A stretch of DNA of 64,000 nucleotides from Caecitellus pseudoparvulus (taxonomy: Eukaryota > Protista > Bigyra: Bicosoecida), in NCBI GenBank assembly GCA_965644315.1, contig CBFFRQ010000093.1, positions 62,001-126,000 on the forward strand, in the 5' to 3' direction. This document shows positions 10,438 through 22,324 of the stretch, piece after piece. Position numbers and translations under genes: made by a program. Below the pieces are notes generated by a model. The model had not been told where the DNA came from and did not search any database. It saw only the letters and a list, made by a program, of their open reading frames with translations. The first letter of the stretch is position 1, and each line of letters starts with the position of its first letter.

Positions 10438-11597
10438 TCATTTCCGCAACTCCGCCTGCATGGCTTGCACCATGCTCTCTCGCTCAGAGCGACTGGCCAC
10501 TGGCCGCCCATCACCCGCACTGCTTCCAGCTGCGACTGAGTCAACCAGCAGCACACGTGCGCGGGTCACAAGGGACTCCAGCGGCAGGGAACCCTGCGTG
10601 AACTGTGCCAGGTACGACTTGAACAGGTCCAGTCGATCCCCCGGCACCCCTGCCTGAATCCGCTGCCACAGCTGCGCAGACAGAGGCTGCTTGGCGGCCT
10701 CAGCAGCTTGACTTGCTGCCTCTTGGGCCTGTTGGGCTCTTGCTTGTGACACGTCAGTGCGCTGCAGCAACTGCTGCTGTGCTTCTGTCACGTGCGCCAG
10801 CTGGGCCTGGATGGACCTGATGCTGCCGTTCAAGACATGCTGCTGCGACGGGGGAACAGTGAACGAAGATTCCAAGGATGCTGCAGTCGCAGCTGCAGTC
10901 GTGCTCGTGTGGGGTGTTGACGATGCCGCAGTGATGGCTCGCAGCAAGGCGTCCAGCTCCCCCCGTGCGCCGTCGGTGTCCGCCTCAGAGTGCGACGAGT
11001 GGGGACCCTGGCTACCTTGGAGCGCGCGTAGCAGGGACTTGGAGGATGCAAGACTGTCATCTAGGTCCACAGCAGATGCATCAAGGTCCTCTGAGTACTC
11101 CCGCGCCTCGGGGGGAGAGGCTGGTCGCGAGAAGTGTGCGCTGGGTGTTGGCGCCCGCGGGGGGCGGGACGCCGAATGAGCAGAAAATGAAGGCTCCGCA
11201 GGCATGGAGTGGGCCATGGAAACGGATGGCATGGGGCTGCTACGAGCTTCTCGCCGCTCATGGGCGCCGTCCAGGGCACTTCGAACGAGGCGATCCGACT
11301 CCACCCGGCGAAGGCGGCCAACCTCTCCCTGCAGCATTTCGTTGTGCTTCAGCAAGCTCTCGTTCTCCGCTTTCAACGCCTCCACTGTCTGGATGTGTTG
11401 TCTGCGAATCTTCTGTAACTCTGCCTGCAACTGGGCCACTTGCGAGCGCAACTGGCTCCCTTCCTCTTGCTGCGCACCAACGGCAGGCATGTGAAACGCC
11501 TGTCCACTGCCTGGCATGCACGCCGACGTACCAGACGACTGCAGACTGAATCAATAGACTGAAAAGCCTCTGAGATTGCCCGTGGCCTGCTTGCCAT
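10438..11597 (-). CDS. Hypothetical coiled-coil protein, 2 exons
   Basis: Short exon MASRPRAISEAFQSIDSVCSRL, then a GTACGT...GCGCAG intron joining in frame to the QEEGSQLRSQVAQLQAEL heptad region. Confidence 0.6.
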
Positions 11598-11834
11598 GAC
11601 TGACGCTTCCTGCCTTCTTCGAGCGGCGAGTCCGTGCGTAGAGTGGCGTTTCACCTGCTGGGCTGGATTCACCTGCCGTTGCGTTGGAGATCAGCCAGGA
11701 ATGGGAACGCTTGGCAGCAAAAACCTGCAGCACTCCATGCCAGGGGCGTGGGTAAGCACGTTCATAAACTGAATTGACAATCTCACACAGATGCGTCCAG
11801 AGGCAGTCAGGAAGTGCAGGTACCACTCACCAAG

Positions 11835-13529
11835 TCAAGCACCATTGACTATGTCCATGATGGTGAACGTCGTTGTCAACGCCGCAGCCACAACGCCAAA
11901 CACCGCAATCGCGACATGCGACCACCATGCCAGGGGCGTTGTTTGCGGCAGGCCCTTGCTTGCTGCAAGGTACAGCACGGCAGGGAAGAGAAACCCCGTG
12001 AAGGAATTGATGAGGCCACCTACCAGCGTGACCATCGCAGCAAAGTCGGGGATGAACACTGCGGCCAGGAGCATGGCAAGCACCATACTAAAACGCACTA
12101 GTAGGCGCAAGGCCAGCTCGGTTCCGCACTTCACCCAGCCGCAGAAAGCCCTGCCATCCCTTGCAGACTTTGGTGGAGGCTCGCTCAGGCGCAAGCCCAG
12201 GTGGGCCCCAGCCTGTGGTCTGAGCGGCTCGTCGCTGGTTGCACGTGGTGCTGGAGGGGGCACATCTGCATCTGCTGGCACCTGCCGCACATCACAGTCG
12301 ATCCGGTGCAGCTCTGCTTTGAGCTGCTTCCCGAGACGGTACTGCGCCACAGCTGCCCCTTCCAAGATCTGCCGTCCAGCTGCCAGCACCATAGGAATGG
12401 TGAACAGCAAGTCAACGCAAAGCAAGACCTTGACGATGACAGCAGCTACACTGTCTCCTAAGTTGTCAATAATGTTCGGGGCAACAGCACTGGTGAAGAG
12501 GAGGGCGCACACCGCTCCGAAAGCAGCGTTAGTGACTGCGACGCCGCCCATGCTCCAGTACACCACTCGGTTGAACTGCCCCCGATCCCTCATGGACTGC
12601 ACAACCGGCAACACAACAATGTGCACCGCGAACAAAAATGCAACCGAGCCCACCACTTGGACGATGCCAAGCGGGCGCACCGCCGGCACATCCTGCCAGG
12701 CTTCTCGCGACGTGCCGTTGACTCCCACCTGCTGCAGTGCAGAGCCGTGTCGATCCACGCCGTCGCCAGCAGCCCCCACAGCGACTACCGCGATAATGCC
12801 AGCAGCCACAGCAATATTCCCCAAGATGGAAGTCCACGCCAGGTGCTTGTAGGAGCTCACAAGGGACAAGAGCAGGATGAAGGGCAGCACAACAAGGGTC
12901 GCGGGCAGGGGCTGCCACCCCACCAAGGACTGCAGAGTCGAGCTTATGAAGTCTAGGTATGCTGCTCCCACACCAATGCTGGTAGCGACGACAGACACAT
13001 TGATTGCCAGCTCCATGCCATTCCAGGACACTTCCTGGGCCGCTTGGGAAGCCCGCAATGCGGAGGGGGAGGCGGTGCCAACGCCCCCAATCCGGGAAAA
13101 GCCGGAACCCCCCGGAGCCAGCCTTCGCCGAATGTCACAGGCAGGGCAGAGGACCTTGCCGATTTTTGCATACGTCAGCTTTTCCAGCACAGCATCTGCG
13201 CCAGGTGCAGCGCCGGACGCCGCCAAGCGCTCCTCAGCGATGCGCTCAAGCCAGCCAAGCAGACCAATCGTGTACGCTGCAAGCAGGCCCACCAGAAGCG
13301 TGGCCACGCTGGAGCCAACCACCCCACCGTTGTAGAACGCGAAGGGGAGGGAAAAGGAGCCTGCCCCGATGCAGCACTTGATGAAGTTGGCACTGGCCTG
13401 CAGCGGTGAGGAGCCTCCACCCCTTGGCGGGGTTGGATCATCGCGGTTTTTGACCTCCACTGCTTCCGGAGCTACTGCACCATCGTCTGCGCCGGCCATG
13501 TCCGTGCCAGCCTCAACAGTTCCGTACAT
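11835..13529 (-). CDS. Amino acid transporter (Aa_trans / SLC36-AVT family)
   Basis: ANFIKCCIGAGSFSLPFAF, multiple hydrophobic helices, VFIPDFAAMVTLVGG...GFLFPA. Confidence 0.9.
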   Translation of the reverse strand: MYGTVEAGTDMAGADDGAVAPEAVEVKNRDDPTPPRGGGSSPLQASANFIKCCIGAGSFSLPFAFYNGGVVGSSVATLLVGLLAAYTIGLLGWLERIAEERLAASGAAPGADAVLEKLTYAKIGKVLCPACDIRRRLAPGGSGFSRIGGVGTASPSALRASQAAQEVSWNGMELAINVSVVATSIGVGAAYLDFISSTLQSLVGWQPLPATLVVLPFILLLSLVSSYKHLAWTSILGNIAVAAGIIAVVAVGAAGDGVDRHGSALQQVGVNGTSREAWQDVPAVRPLGIVQVVGSVAFLFAVHIVVLPVVQSMRDRGQFNRVVYWSMGGVAVTNAAFGAVCALLFTSAVAPNIIDNLGDSVAAVIVKVLLCVDLLFTIPMVLAAGRQILEGAAVAQYRLGKQLKAELHRIDCDVRQVPADADVPPPAPRATSDEPLRPQAGAHLGLRLSEPPPKSARDGRAFCGWVKCGTELALRLLVRFSMVLAMLLAAVFIPDFAAMVTLVGGLINSFTGFLFPAVLYLAASKGLPQTTPLAWWSHVAIAVFGVVAAALTTTFTIMDIVNGA

Positions 13530-13720
13530 GCGGTTGAAAGCAGGCAAGACTGCTTCGAGGAGCCTTCTCTAATGGGGAAACGCCTGGCCCCGCAGCCTCA
13601 TCCTGGCCGGCTGCGGAGATTGGTTGTGGTCTGCATTTTTGCTGGAGCGCAGCTCTGCGTCGTGGACACCGGGTCAGTCTGCGGCCTACACTTCGACCCA
13701 AAGAAGCTGCAAAGGCTTCT

Positions 13721-15411
13721 TTACTTTCCCTTGACCGGCGTCAGGCCTGTGGTGGGCTTGGCCCCGCGCCGCTTCATGACAGACTTTGTGAACTCGGGTG
13801 CCTTGGCCGCATCCACGTACGCTTGGCTCACGGTGTCGTGCTGGAGCAGCATCAAGTGGGCAGACTTGCGGTACCGCTGCAAGGCGGCTACTTCCGGCTC
13901 TGACCGCACTTTCACACCAGACAGACGCCAGCTGCATACCCGGCAGCACAGGGACACCAGAGTGAGCATCCCTGCCAGTGCCAGGCAACGAGGCAGCCAG
14001 GAGCCCATGCCGATTCCGCCCGCAGCATTGGAGAAGCTCTGGTGGGCTGTGAGCATGGGCTCCATACCCGACTTGACAGAGGGAACCTCTGTCAGAGCCG
14101 CAGGCATCCAGCCTGCGCCCCACAAGGAGAGCACGGCATCCGCAGTCATGGCGAGAGCGAACAACACGAACAGCGCCGTCAGGGAGGACAAGTTGGCCGA
14201 CACGGACGCATGCAGGGCCATGTTTTCCTTGTTGCGTTTGAGGCTCTTGTCCACATTCGCCACAATCATGTCCGCATCCTCCTTCAAGCGCTCCATGGAC
14301 AGCTGCACGCGTTTCTGGATGGCCTTCCCAATCATGTCCAAGACGCTGGGCAGCGCATTGTCCGAATCGTCCATGATTCCCTTCCGGTCTGCGGCGGGGA
14401 TCCAAACTGCTGGTACTGATATTGCGTGCGTGTCGCTGAGCTGGGCAGTGAAGCGCTGAGTCAGTTGCACGATGAGCTTGTTCAGGTCTTGCAGGCTCTC
14501 CACGGTGTCCGCCTTGGTGAGCAAAAACTGCATCTTGCTCTGGTATCCGCGCTTGTTCAGGTCCGCCACGACGTTCATTGTGCGGTTGCACTGGGAACCG
14601 CTGTGTGGATCCATGCAGCAGATGATGAGGTCTGCCACAGCTGCCAGTCGTGCAATGACTTTCTCAGGAGGGAAGCGGTACTTGACGTCACCATCGACCA
14701 AGCCAGGAGTGTCAATGAAAGACACGGACGGAAACTGATGCTTGGTGCTGGTTGACACTTGCACGGAGTAGAACTCATGAAACCTCGAGATCTCCTCTTT
14801 GGTCAAGGCTGGGTCACCACCTTCTTGGATGGCATGGTTGACGTGGGGGGTGTACCTCAAAGCCGTGTTCCCCACAAGCTCACGTGTACCTGTTCCATGA
14901 GTGCAGTACGTGAACCCCCGTGTCTCCATGGACATGCCTGTGCTCTGCGTGGCGCGAGAGGCAAAAAGGCCCGAAAGTACAGCACAGCGCCCTGGCTCCC
15001 ACCTGGGCAGCCACTTACCTGCAATCGTTCCCCGACATACCAATTGATGAGACTGGATTTTCCAGATGAGTGGTTCCCGAACAGCAGGACAGTGACGCTC
15101 TTCTGAGGATGCAGGATCTGCTTTGTGCCTGTCAGGCGCGCAAGCTCCTCCAATCCAACCTTGCCACACTCAACCTACGAAGCATTGGCGCAGGTGACCC
15201 TTCAAACAAAGAGAGACAGTGCTGCTTCACGGAAATTGATCTCACCTCCTCTGGTTTCACGTAGCAGGAGTGGACAGTGTTGAGGATGCTGCGATGGGGG
15301 TGGGCTGACGGCCAGCGTTACGCGTGTAACGCGCAAGTGTCCACTCCGCGCCGTGCCGCACCTATCAACGAGCGCTTGGTCTTCACTGCCATCACGAGAA
15401 GATGCTGCCAT
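13721..15411 (-). CDS. Dynamin/EHD-like P-loop GTPase with C-terminal transmembrane hairpin; intron-containing
   Basis: G1 GNHSSGKS, G3 FIDTPG and G4 TKAD are split across ORFs 14857-15153 and 13721-15169 by an intron. Two hydrophobic segments lie near the C-terminus. Confidence 0.8.
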
Positions 15412-15723
15412 GATGAATTGCTCTGCCAGGCTTGGAAACGCTGCAGGCCTGCAAGTTTCTGCGGAGTTCGGAGGCGGCTAGCGACAGGTGTCGCTCAGCG
15501 GCCACAAGCGGGACAAGAAGCGCGTACCGTTTGGCCCCGGAGCAACTGGCGAGAAGGTGGACACTCAGTAGTGGAAACCTAGATGGCTTGTATTCGTGGA
15601 TGCTCGGGCGCAGGGTGGGATGGCGGAGGGAAATTTGCCACGGTGCCGGTGTCTGTGACAGCAGCTGCAGCAAGTGTGCCTTAGACGGTCCACGGGCAAG
15701 GAGCAGGTGCGGGCCAGGCGCCA

Positions 15724-18700
15724 TCAAGTGCCCCGCCCCAAGCGCAGGATGCCTTCTTCTAAGCTCTTTGTCTTCTTTAGCCTGTCGTCTGTGCCTGGCC
15801 TGCCGGCTGGGTGCATGTCAGCCGAGGAAGTGGCAGGGGCCTCACGTGCACTGAGCGCTGCTTGAATGGAGGCCACGTCGGCTTGCCGAAGGCTCTGATC
15901 TTGATGCTGGGCCAGCTGCAGGCGCGTGGAGAGGACGGAGTGCTGCCAGCCCGCATGCCCGTCACTTGCATCGCGGTCGCTGAGGGCGCGCAGGCAAGAA
16001 ATGTAGTCCGAGTGGCACTTGCCATCCCCACAAGGAACGGGGCGAGAGTTATCCTTGCAGGGGCCATCAAACACAGCTGAGGCGACGCAATCTGAGACAA
16101 AAGGAAAGCCGTACAAGACTGGCGCCTTCCCGTGGCACTGCTTGAAGTCCTCCACGGTCCGTTTGTAGTTGAAGAGCACCTCCATGACTTCGAAAATGTG
16201 CGGCACCAACGCATCGTACGTGTGGTCCTTCGTGTCAAAGTCAATGTAGTCCAGGGCTGGGCCAAGGAACACAATATTCCACGGCGCCATGTCTTGGTAG
16301 AGTGGGAGGGCCACGAACTGGTGGTACGCCTGGGCCCGGAGTGGCTTCAGCAGGCCCATGCGCAGCACTGCAATCAACGTTACTCCATGCACAGTTTCGT
16401 ACGGAATGTGGGCCCCATCTTTGTCACGCGTAAGGTGGATGTCCAAGAAGCCGCCATTGTTCGGGTGCAGCCCTGGCCGCACGGGAGTGCCCGCAGGCAG
16501 TGCAGCAACATTGAGCGTGTACTTCCGTTCGTGGCCATCGATTTCTGACTGGAAATGGTGATTTACATGTCTTGTCATGTTTACAATGTCCACCCGAACC
16601 AGGCCTGAGCCGAGCACCCCACTCGCAAGCATTCCTTGCCCCCTCAAACCTGGCGTCCTGCCAGACATGCCCCCTTCTTGAAGACGGGCATGCTTTGCCG
16701 CTGGGAGCACGCTAACCCGAACGTCCAGCTCGGAGCTCACGCTGGCATCCACGAGCTCCGAAATCAGGCGCCACTCAGCCGCGGCCCAGCGCGGTGTAGG
16801 GTGGGAGGCCAGGCGGAACGTGACAGCCTCACCCATCTGACTTGGGGGGAAAAGGGAAGACATGGCCAGCGAGAGGTGGGCAGCACTTGGCACTCGAAGC
16901 ACAGAAGTGCCGCCGACCATAATTGCGTGGCTTACGAGGCCGCGCACTTCGCTTTCGCTTGTAGAGGCGAGCAGCTCCTCCAGCGGCGTGCCAAAGTACA
17001 AGAAGCGCAGCATCTCGGGGGACTTGGCCAGGGCAGTGAGCAGCGCAGAATCCACTGCATGCCTGCAAATGACAGCATTGGGCAGCTTCAGTGCCAGAGC
17101 TGCTGCTAAGTGCATGTCTGTTCCCAGCCTGCTCTCTTCCACACTCAACACCGTCGCTTTCGGGAAGGCAGCAGCAACTGACAGCGCAACGGCCCCGGCC
17201 CCGGCACCCAACTCGAGGTATGAGAAGGCCCCAGGCTGGCCACCGGACGCTGTGTCCGCTGGGCTGAGCACTGACTTGAGCACCTCCCATCGGCTGTCTT
17301 GGGCAGGGCCTGAGACCTGAGGCCCAGCACCACGCTCTGCCTGGAACCACTGGACGGAGCCGGAGCCTGCACCTTGCTCCGCACGGAGAACCGGCACAAC
17401 AAGGGTCAAACTGTCTTTGGCAGGCAGAACCCGCACAAGCCAGGGCGGAAGGCTCGCAGACTGAGCTTGTGCCACTGCGATGTCCGGCAGAGGCAGGGAC
17501 AGGTGCAGCCTCAGGAGGTCCTTCGACAGGGACGGCGTCAGGCCCAATTGCACCAAGCTGTGCAGTGACCATCCAGGTCGTGGAGAGGGAAGAGTTGCAA
17601 CTGAGCTTGTTGGAATGACAGGGGGGGGTGGTGGTGTGGTGGCTGCGCGTCTTGTCGCCCACGCTGCAACATCTACCCTCAGCAGCAACAGCTCTCGCGG
17701 GCATGACGCTGAAGAGCCTGGAAGCTGGATGTAGGAGGGAATGGAGATCGTGCTGGAGTCGCCCAAGCCTGCGGCTCGTGCTGCACGCTCCAGCATGTTT
17801 CGATAGGGCTGGCGGGAGTCACCGGCGCTGGCACAGGCACACGGCGCGCCAGCTGAGAAATCACAAGTTGAGTGGGCCCGCATCGATGCGCTACTTTCAT
17901 AGCTTCCGGCAAAGTCCGCAAGAGACATGAATCCAAGTGATTTTGCTCGAGGCGGGCTGGCATGGGGCTGCTGAGAGTCATATGCCTCTGAAAAGTCGTG
18001 AACGGCGGCCTGAGCAGAGCCGGGGTACGGATACTGCACGCCAACCCCTGTAGCAGCCGCCTCGGAAGATTCAGCGTGTGGGTGCATCGCCCCAAAGTAG
18101 CCCAACGATTCAAGCAGGGCAGCTGGGTCGCGGGTTGCGTATGCTTCGCAAGGAGGCGTGGGGCCAACCTGCCACCCGTCCTCGATACCCGCCGTAGCGG
18201 ACACTGCAGCAGCATGCAAGAACACGGACCAAGGTGGGACAATGATCATGGTTGTGCTGGCAAGGGGTAGAAGTTGCGCCAAGTATGCCTCCACGGCCGC
18301 CGTTCCGCCACTGACAACCATCGGGGCTAGCAGCGAGGCGTCAGTGATGTGCAATCTGGCAGGGTCCGGGTGCTGGCGAAGCTCCTTGATGGCATCCAGA
18401 GTCAATCCTCGCTTCGTAGGTAGCACGTTATTCTGATTGAGCAAGTCACTCAGCGCCTGGTGTGTCTCAGCCCTTGCAATGCCGGAATGCGCTGCCACGA
18501 CCAATGCCTGCGGGTACGCCCGTCCAAGTTTGCTTGCGAGGCTTGTGGCGCTGGCGCCCGACACAAGGGCGGTCCACGCAGCGGGAAAACCTGGGATCGC
18601 AAGCACTGAGGTCAATCTTGACGCATCAAGCTGGCGGGACACTTCCGCCCAGGCCGCTTGCAGCACAGCCCCTTCCCTGCGGTGCACCGCATCGGCTTCT

Positions 18701-21700
18701 TCCCGCCACGCGTCTGCCCAGTTCGCGTCACGCTTCCCTTCCCCTGCTCCAGTCCTGCGGTGTGCCCATGCGGCATCCTCGTGACCAACAAGACGTGCCG
18801 CTTGATCAGCACCCTCATCGGCAAAAACGTTGAGTGAAGCCCCAGCTGCTGCGGCAGCATAGGACGGTGGCAGCATGCGCTGGAGTTCTCGCACCGCTTC
18901 GGACCGGGGTCCATCGACCGCTGCACTACCCAATGCCTGTGCAATATCATCCAATACTACACTAGGCACAACCTCTGCTCTGTCAGGGGCAGGGGCTCCG
19001 CGCTGGGCAATGAGCAGGGCGCTGCGTTGGGCCTCCGCTGCATCCGGGAGGGACAGCAGGCGCCTGGCACCACCCCTGAGGGCCTTCCCCTCACCCTGGG
19101 TAGTTTTCCCTTTCTTGTCTTTGCTTGAGGCAGCTGGCGTGCGCTTCTCCACATGCTCGCTGGCTTGCTTTCTAACTTTGGGCTCGTCAGGAGTGTTGGC
19201 CGCAGGAGCTCCGAAATCCACCTTGTCAGCTGCACTTGGCCCCTGGCCTGTGCCGTCCTTTGACAACGACTTTGAGGGGTCAGACCTAGGCTGCGCCTTT
19301 GCGACATCATCTTTTGCTTTCGGGGTGGCATGACTGTTCTTCGACGCGGGCGATTTCGAGGGGCTGGACTCCTTGACTGGCGTTGCTGCCTTCTGCACCG
19401 GCGGAGAGTCTTTGCTTGCTTTTTGTTGCTCAGTGATGGGCTTCGAAGACTCGTTCTTCCCGTCAAGCGCCGCTCTTTCTTCCTTTGGGGGGGGCGACTC
19501 CACCTTGTGCTGTCGCAGCGGCTGAGCACTCGCACTCGCCTTGCCAACCATTGCGGCTGCGTCCAGGGCTTTGGCGGAGTCAGGAACTGCAGCACGCTTG
19601 ATACCTGGCCTCTTGTTTCCCTTGGAGGCCCCCATGGGGCGTTGAGAAGGAGATGGTAGCGGCACCTCTTTGGCAACGTGGGCTTGTACTTTGGCCGGCA
19701 CCGACACGGGCAGCCGGCTGTGAGGGGGCAAGGCAATCAGCCCTGCCCCACTCCACAGCAGGTGGCTCGGAGGCAGGAACGGTGGGAAGTAGGCTGTGCC
19801 GGGGGCAGTCATGGGCAAGAGCAGGCGCCTCGCGGCTACCTTAACATCCGCTTGGTGTAGTCCCGCCGCTCGGAGGACAGACAAAGACACTCCCTTCGTC
19901 CACGACAGCACAGCTTGCACTGCCAAGTTGGCGGCGACGGGGCTTGCCAGTTTTGACATGCCAGTGTTCTCTGGGGGCAACAAGCTTGAGTCAGGGGGGG
20001 ACACAAAGTGTTCTTGTGCAGAGTCTGGACTGGCCCTGCCAGCCCCACGCTTTTCTGGACTTGAAGCGGGCTCTGGCTCTTGTAGGCGTTCGTGGTGGGA
20101 GGAGAGGATGGCTGCCACTAAAGATGGAACATGAACGTGGTGCGTGTTTGGGAACAGGAGGCGAAGCACGGCAGGCGCTGCAGCGCGAAGAACTGGCAGC
20201 TGCGCCTGCACCAACGTTGCTCGGACATCTACAGAGAAACACGTGTCGGAGTCTAGATATGGCAACCATGGATCGCCCCTCCCCCCGCTTGCTGGGCCTG
20301 CGCTGGCTGGCAAGCCCCACTCTTCCGTGGTGGGTGTGGACGTGGGACTCGGAGATGGCTGGAGCTCAGCTGCTGCGGCAGCATACGCCAGGTCTTCTGC
20401 CGCAGCCTCCTGCTCAGTTTGCACTGCAATGACAAGCACTTCATCTCCTGGTGGAGGCAGAGATCCTGGCAATCGATACACATTGGCTTGGCGCTGGACG
20501 GACCTGGCTGATGCCACGACACCTGCCGCCGCGGCCGCAGCATCGACGAGGGCCGCAGTGTCCTGCCAGTAGCTGAAGAAGCGGGTTGGTGGCAGAGGAG
20601 AAGGCAAGACGACCCTGCGTGCCAGAGTCAAAATGGCGCCCAGCAAGTGCTCAAACTCGCCAGGCAGCAAGCTGCCAGTCAAGCGAGGCAAGTCTTGGAC
20701 AATGACAGCTGACCAAGGTACGTGTGCACTATGCAGCTTCCCCAAAAAGGACATGGATACCGAGGCCTCCACGACAGGGTTATTCTCCACTCCAAGTATT
20801 TCCTTTAAGGCGACGTGCAAGTCGGCAGGGGTGCTCGTTTGTCCCGCCAGACTGCCGAGAGGTGCCGTAGGCCACGCCACAGACACAATGGTGGTGTTTG
20901 TAAGAGCCTGGGCCAAGGCCACTGACATGTGCCCTGTGCCTGAACCGAGCACCAACACTGGCCCCGAGGTCAGGTACAACGCAGCCCCATGTACAAAAGT
21001 GGGGGGGGGTGGCTCCCGTGACGGCGACCTGGCGTGAATCTCTGCAACACTCCTCATGGCCGCTGCCTCAAGTGCCGAGGCTGCCGCAGCCCGGTCTTCA
21101 GCCAGAGCAAGGTCGGGCCCCGGTTGCTGCCCCTCAATGCCGCTCTGCTTCCTGGCGCCTTGGGGCACGTCTGGAAACTGCATGAACGTGCCCGCATCGC
21201 CCGAGGCCGAGGGGCCACGAAATCCTCCCAAAGATGAAGAAACCGCAGACAGGAGCCGCTTCCCCCCAGCAGCTGGGCTCGGAGAAGCCTGGCGCTTCGC
21301 AAGGGCTTCTTGGTACAACAACTCCTCTTCAGCCCGAGTTGCAGCGTTTCGCGCGGTCTGCATATCCACCAGCGCATCCGCTGCGTCCACTTGCCACGCC
21401 CCTTCTGCTTCGATGTATGCTTCCCAGGCTTGTCTCTGCTTGAGGTGCACCAGTGTAGAGGGCTTCATGGGCTCGCCCGCTTTGGCAGCTCTTGCGGCAG
21501 CTGCGCAAAGCTCCGCCTCCCCCAGCCCTTGTGCCGACAGGATGACTTGGGCGCTGTGGCGGGCCACGGCATCATTCTCGAAAGACTGCACCACATCGTC
21601 AGCCGTCACTGATTCATGCACTCCGAAAGGCAGGTCTGTGTCTCCTGCTTCACGAAGGGCAGACCTCTGCAAGGAAGGCTCCCGCAACTCAGGAATCTCA

Positions 21701-22221
21701 CCATGGCGCAAGGCAGCACGAAGGATGTCCAAAAGTGGCGTGTCCCACTCAATGTCGTGAGCTGCGCCAGGAGGCGGCGCGCTGCCCGTTGGCGCAGCCG
21801 GCCCCGGAGATGCAGTTGCCTTCTTGCTGAACGGCGTGTGCTGCCCAACGGTGTGAACCTCTCCGTTTGTCTGCTTTGGAGGCTCCACATGTTGTGGAGG
21901 ACGCAACGAATCGACTTGAGGAAGGTCTCCGCTCTGTTCCACACGGTGTGGGATCCTGCAGCGGCCACGACAGCAGGAGGGTACTGGGCTGAGTCGTGAG
22001 CCACTGAGCATGCCACGGGGCATACTCACGGCGGGTTCCCGGCACTTGAGGCATAGTTGAGCGCCGTTAATGCAACAGAGATACCTGTCAATGACATGAG
22101 AATTTCAGGGGAAAGGTGAGGCTGAGTGACCCGGGCGTTCTTTGTGGAGAGGCAATAGGCCCTGGCGCGGAGTGCGGAAATTGCCTCCCCACTCACACAG
22201 CAAAACAGCACACTTCGCCAT
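15724..22221 (-). CDS. Secreted/lumenal ~2,100-aa protein with three tandem methyltransferase-like + kinase-like modules; introns ~22085-22196 and ~21956-22029
   Basis: Spliced N-terminus MAKCAVLLCISVALTALNYASSA resembles a signal peptide. SAM motif I-like VLVLGSGTG, ALVSGASAT, YLELGAGAG. C-terminal QDMAPWNIV...YIDFD. Confidence 0.7.
22173..22183. promoter_or_regulatory. TGCGGAAATTG motif (representative copy, in intron 1)
   Basis: Exact copies also at 24458 and 32179, and reverse-complement copies at 27985 and 38100. All lie near gene starts. Confidence 0.6.
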
Positions 22222-22324
22222 GATTTCCAAAGCTCGGCGGGAAGCACCACAACAGAGCAGCCTTATGCGTTCAATGTGCGCTTTTCTGGGTCCGGGGTGC
22301 TCTCTGGGTTCTCTTCTCCAGTGC

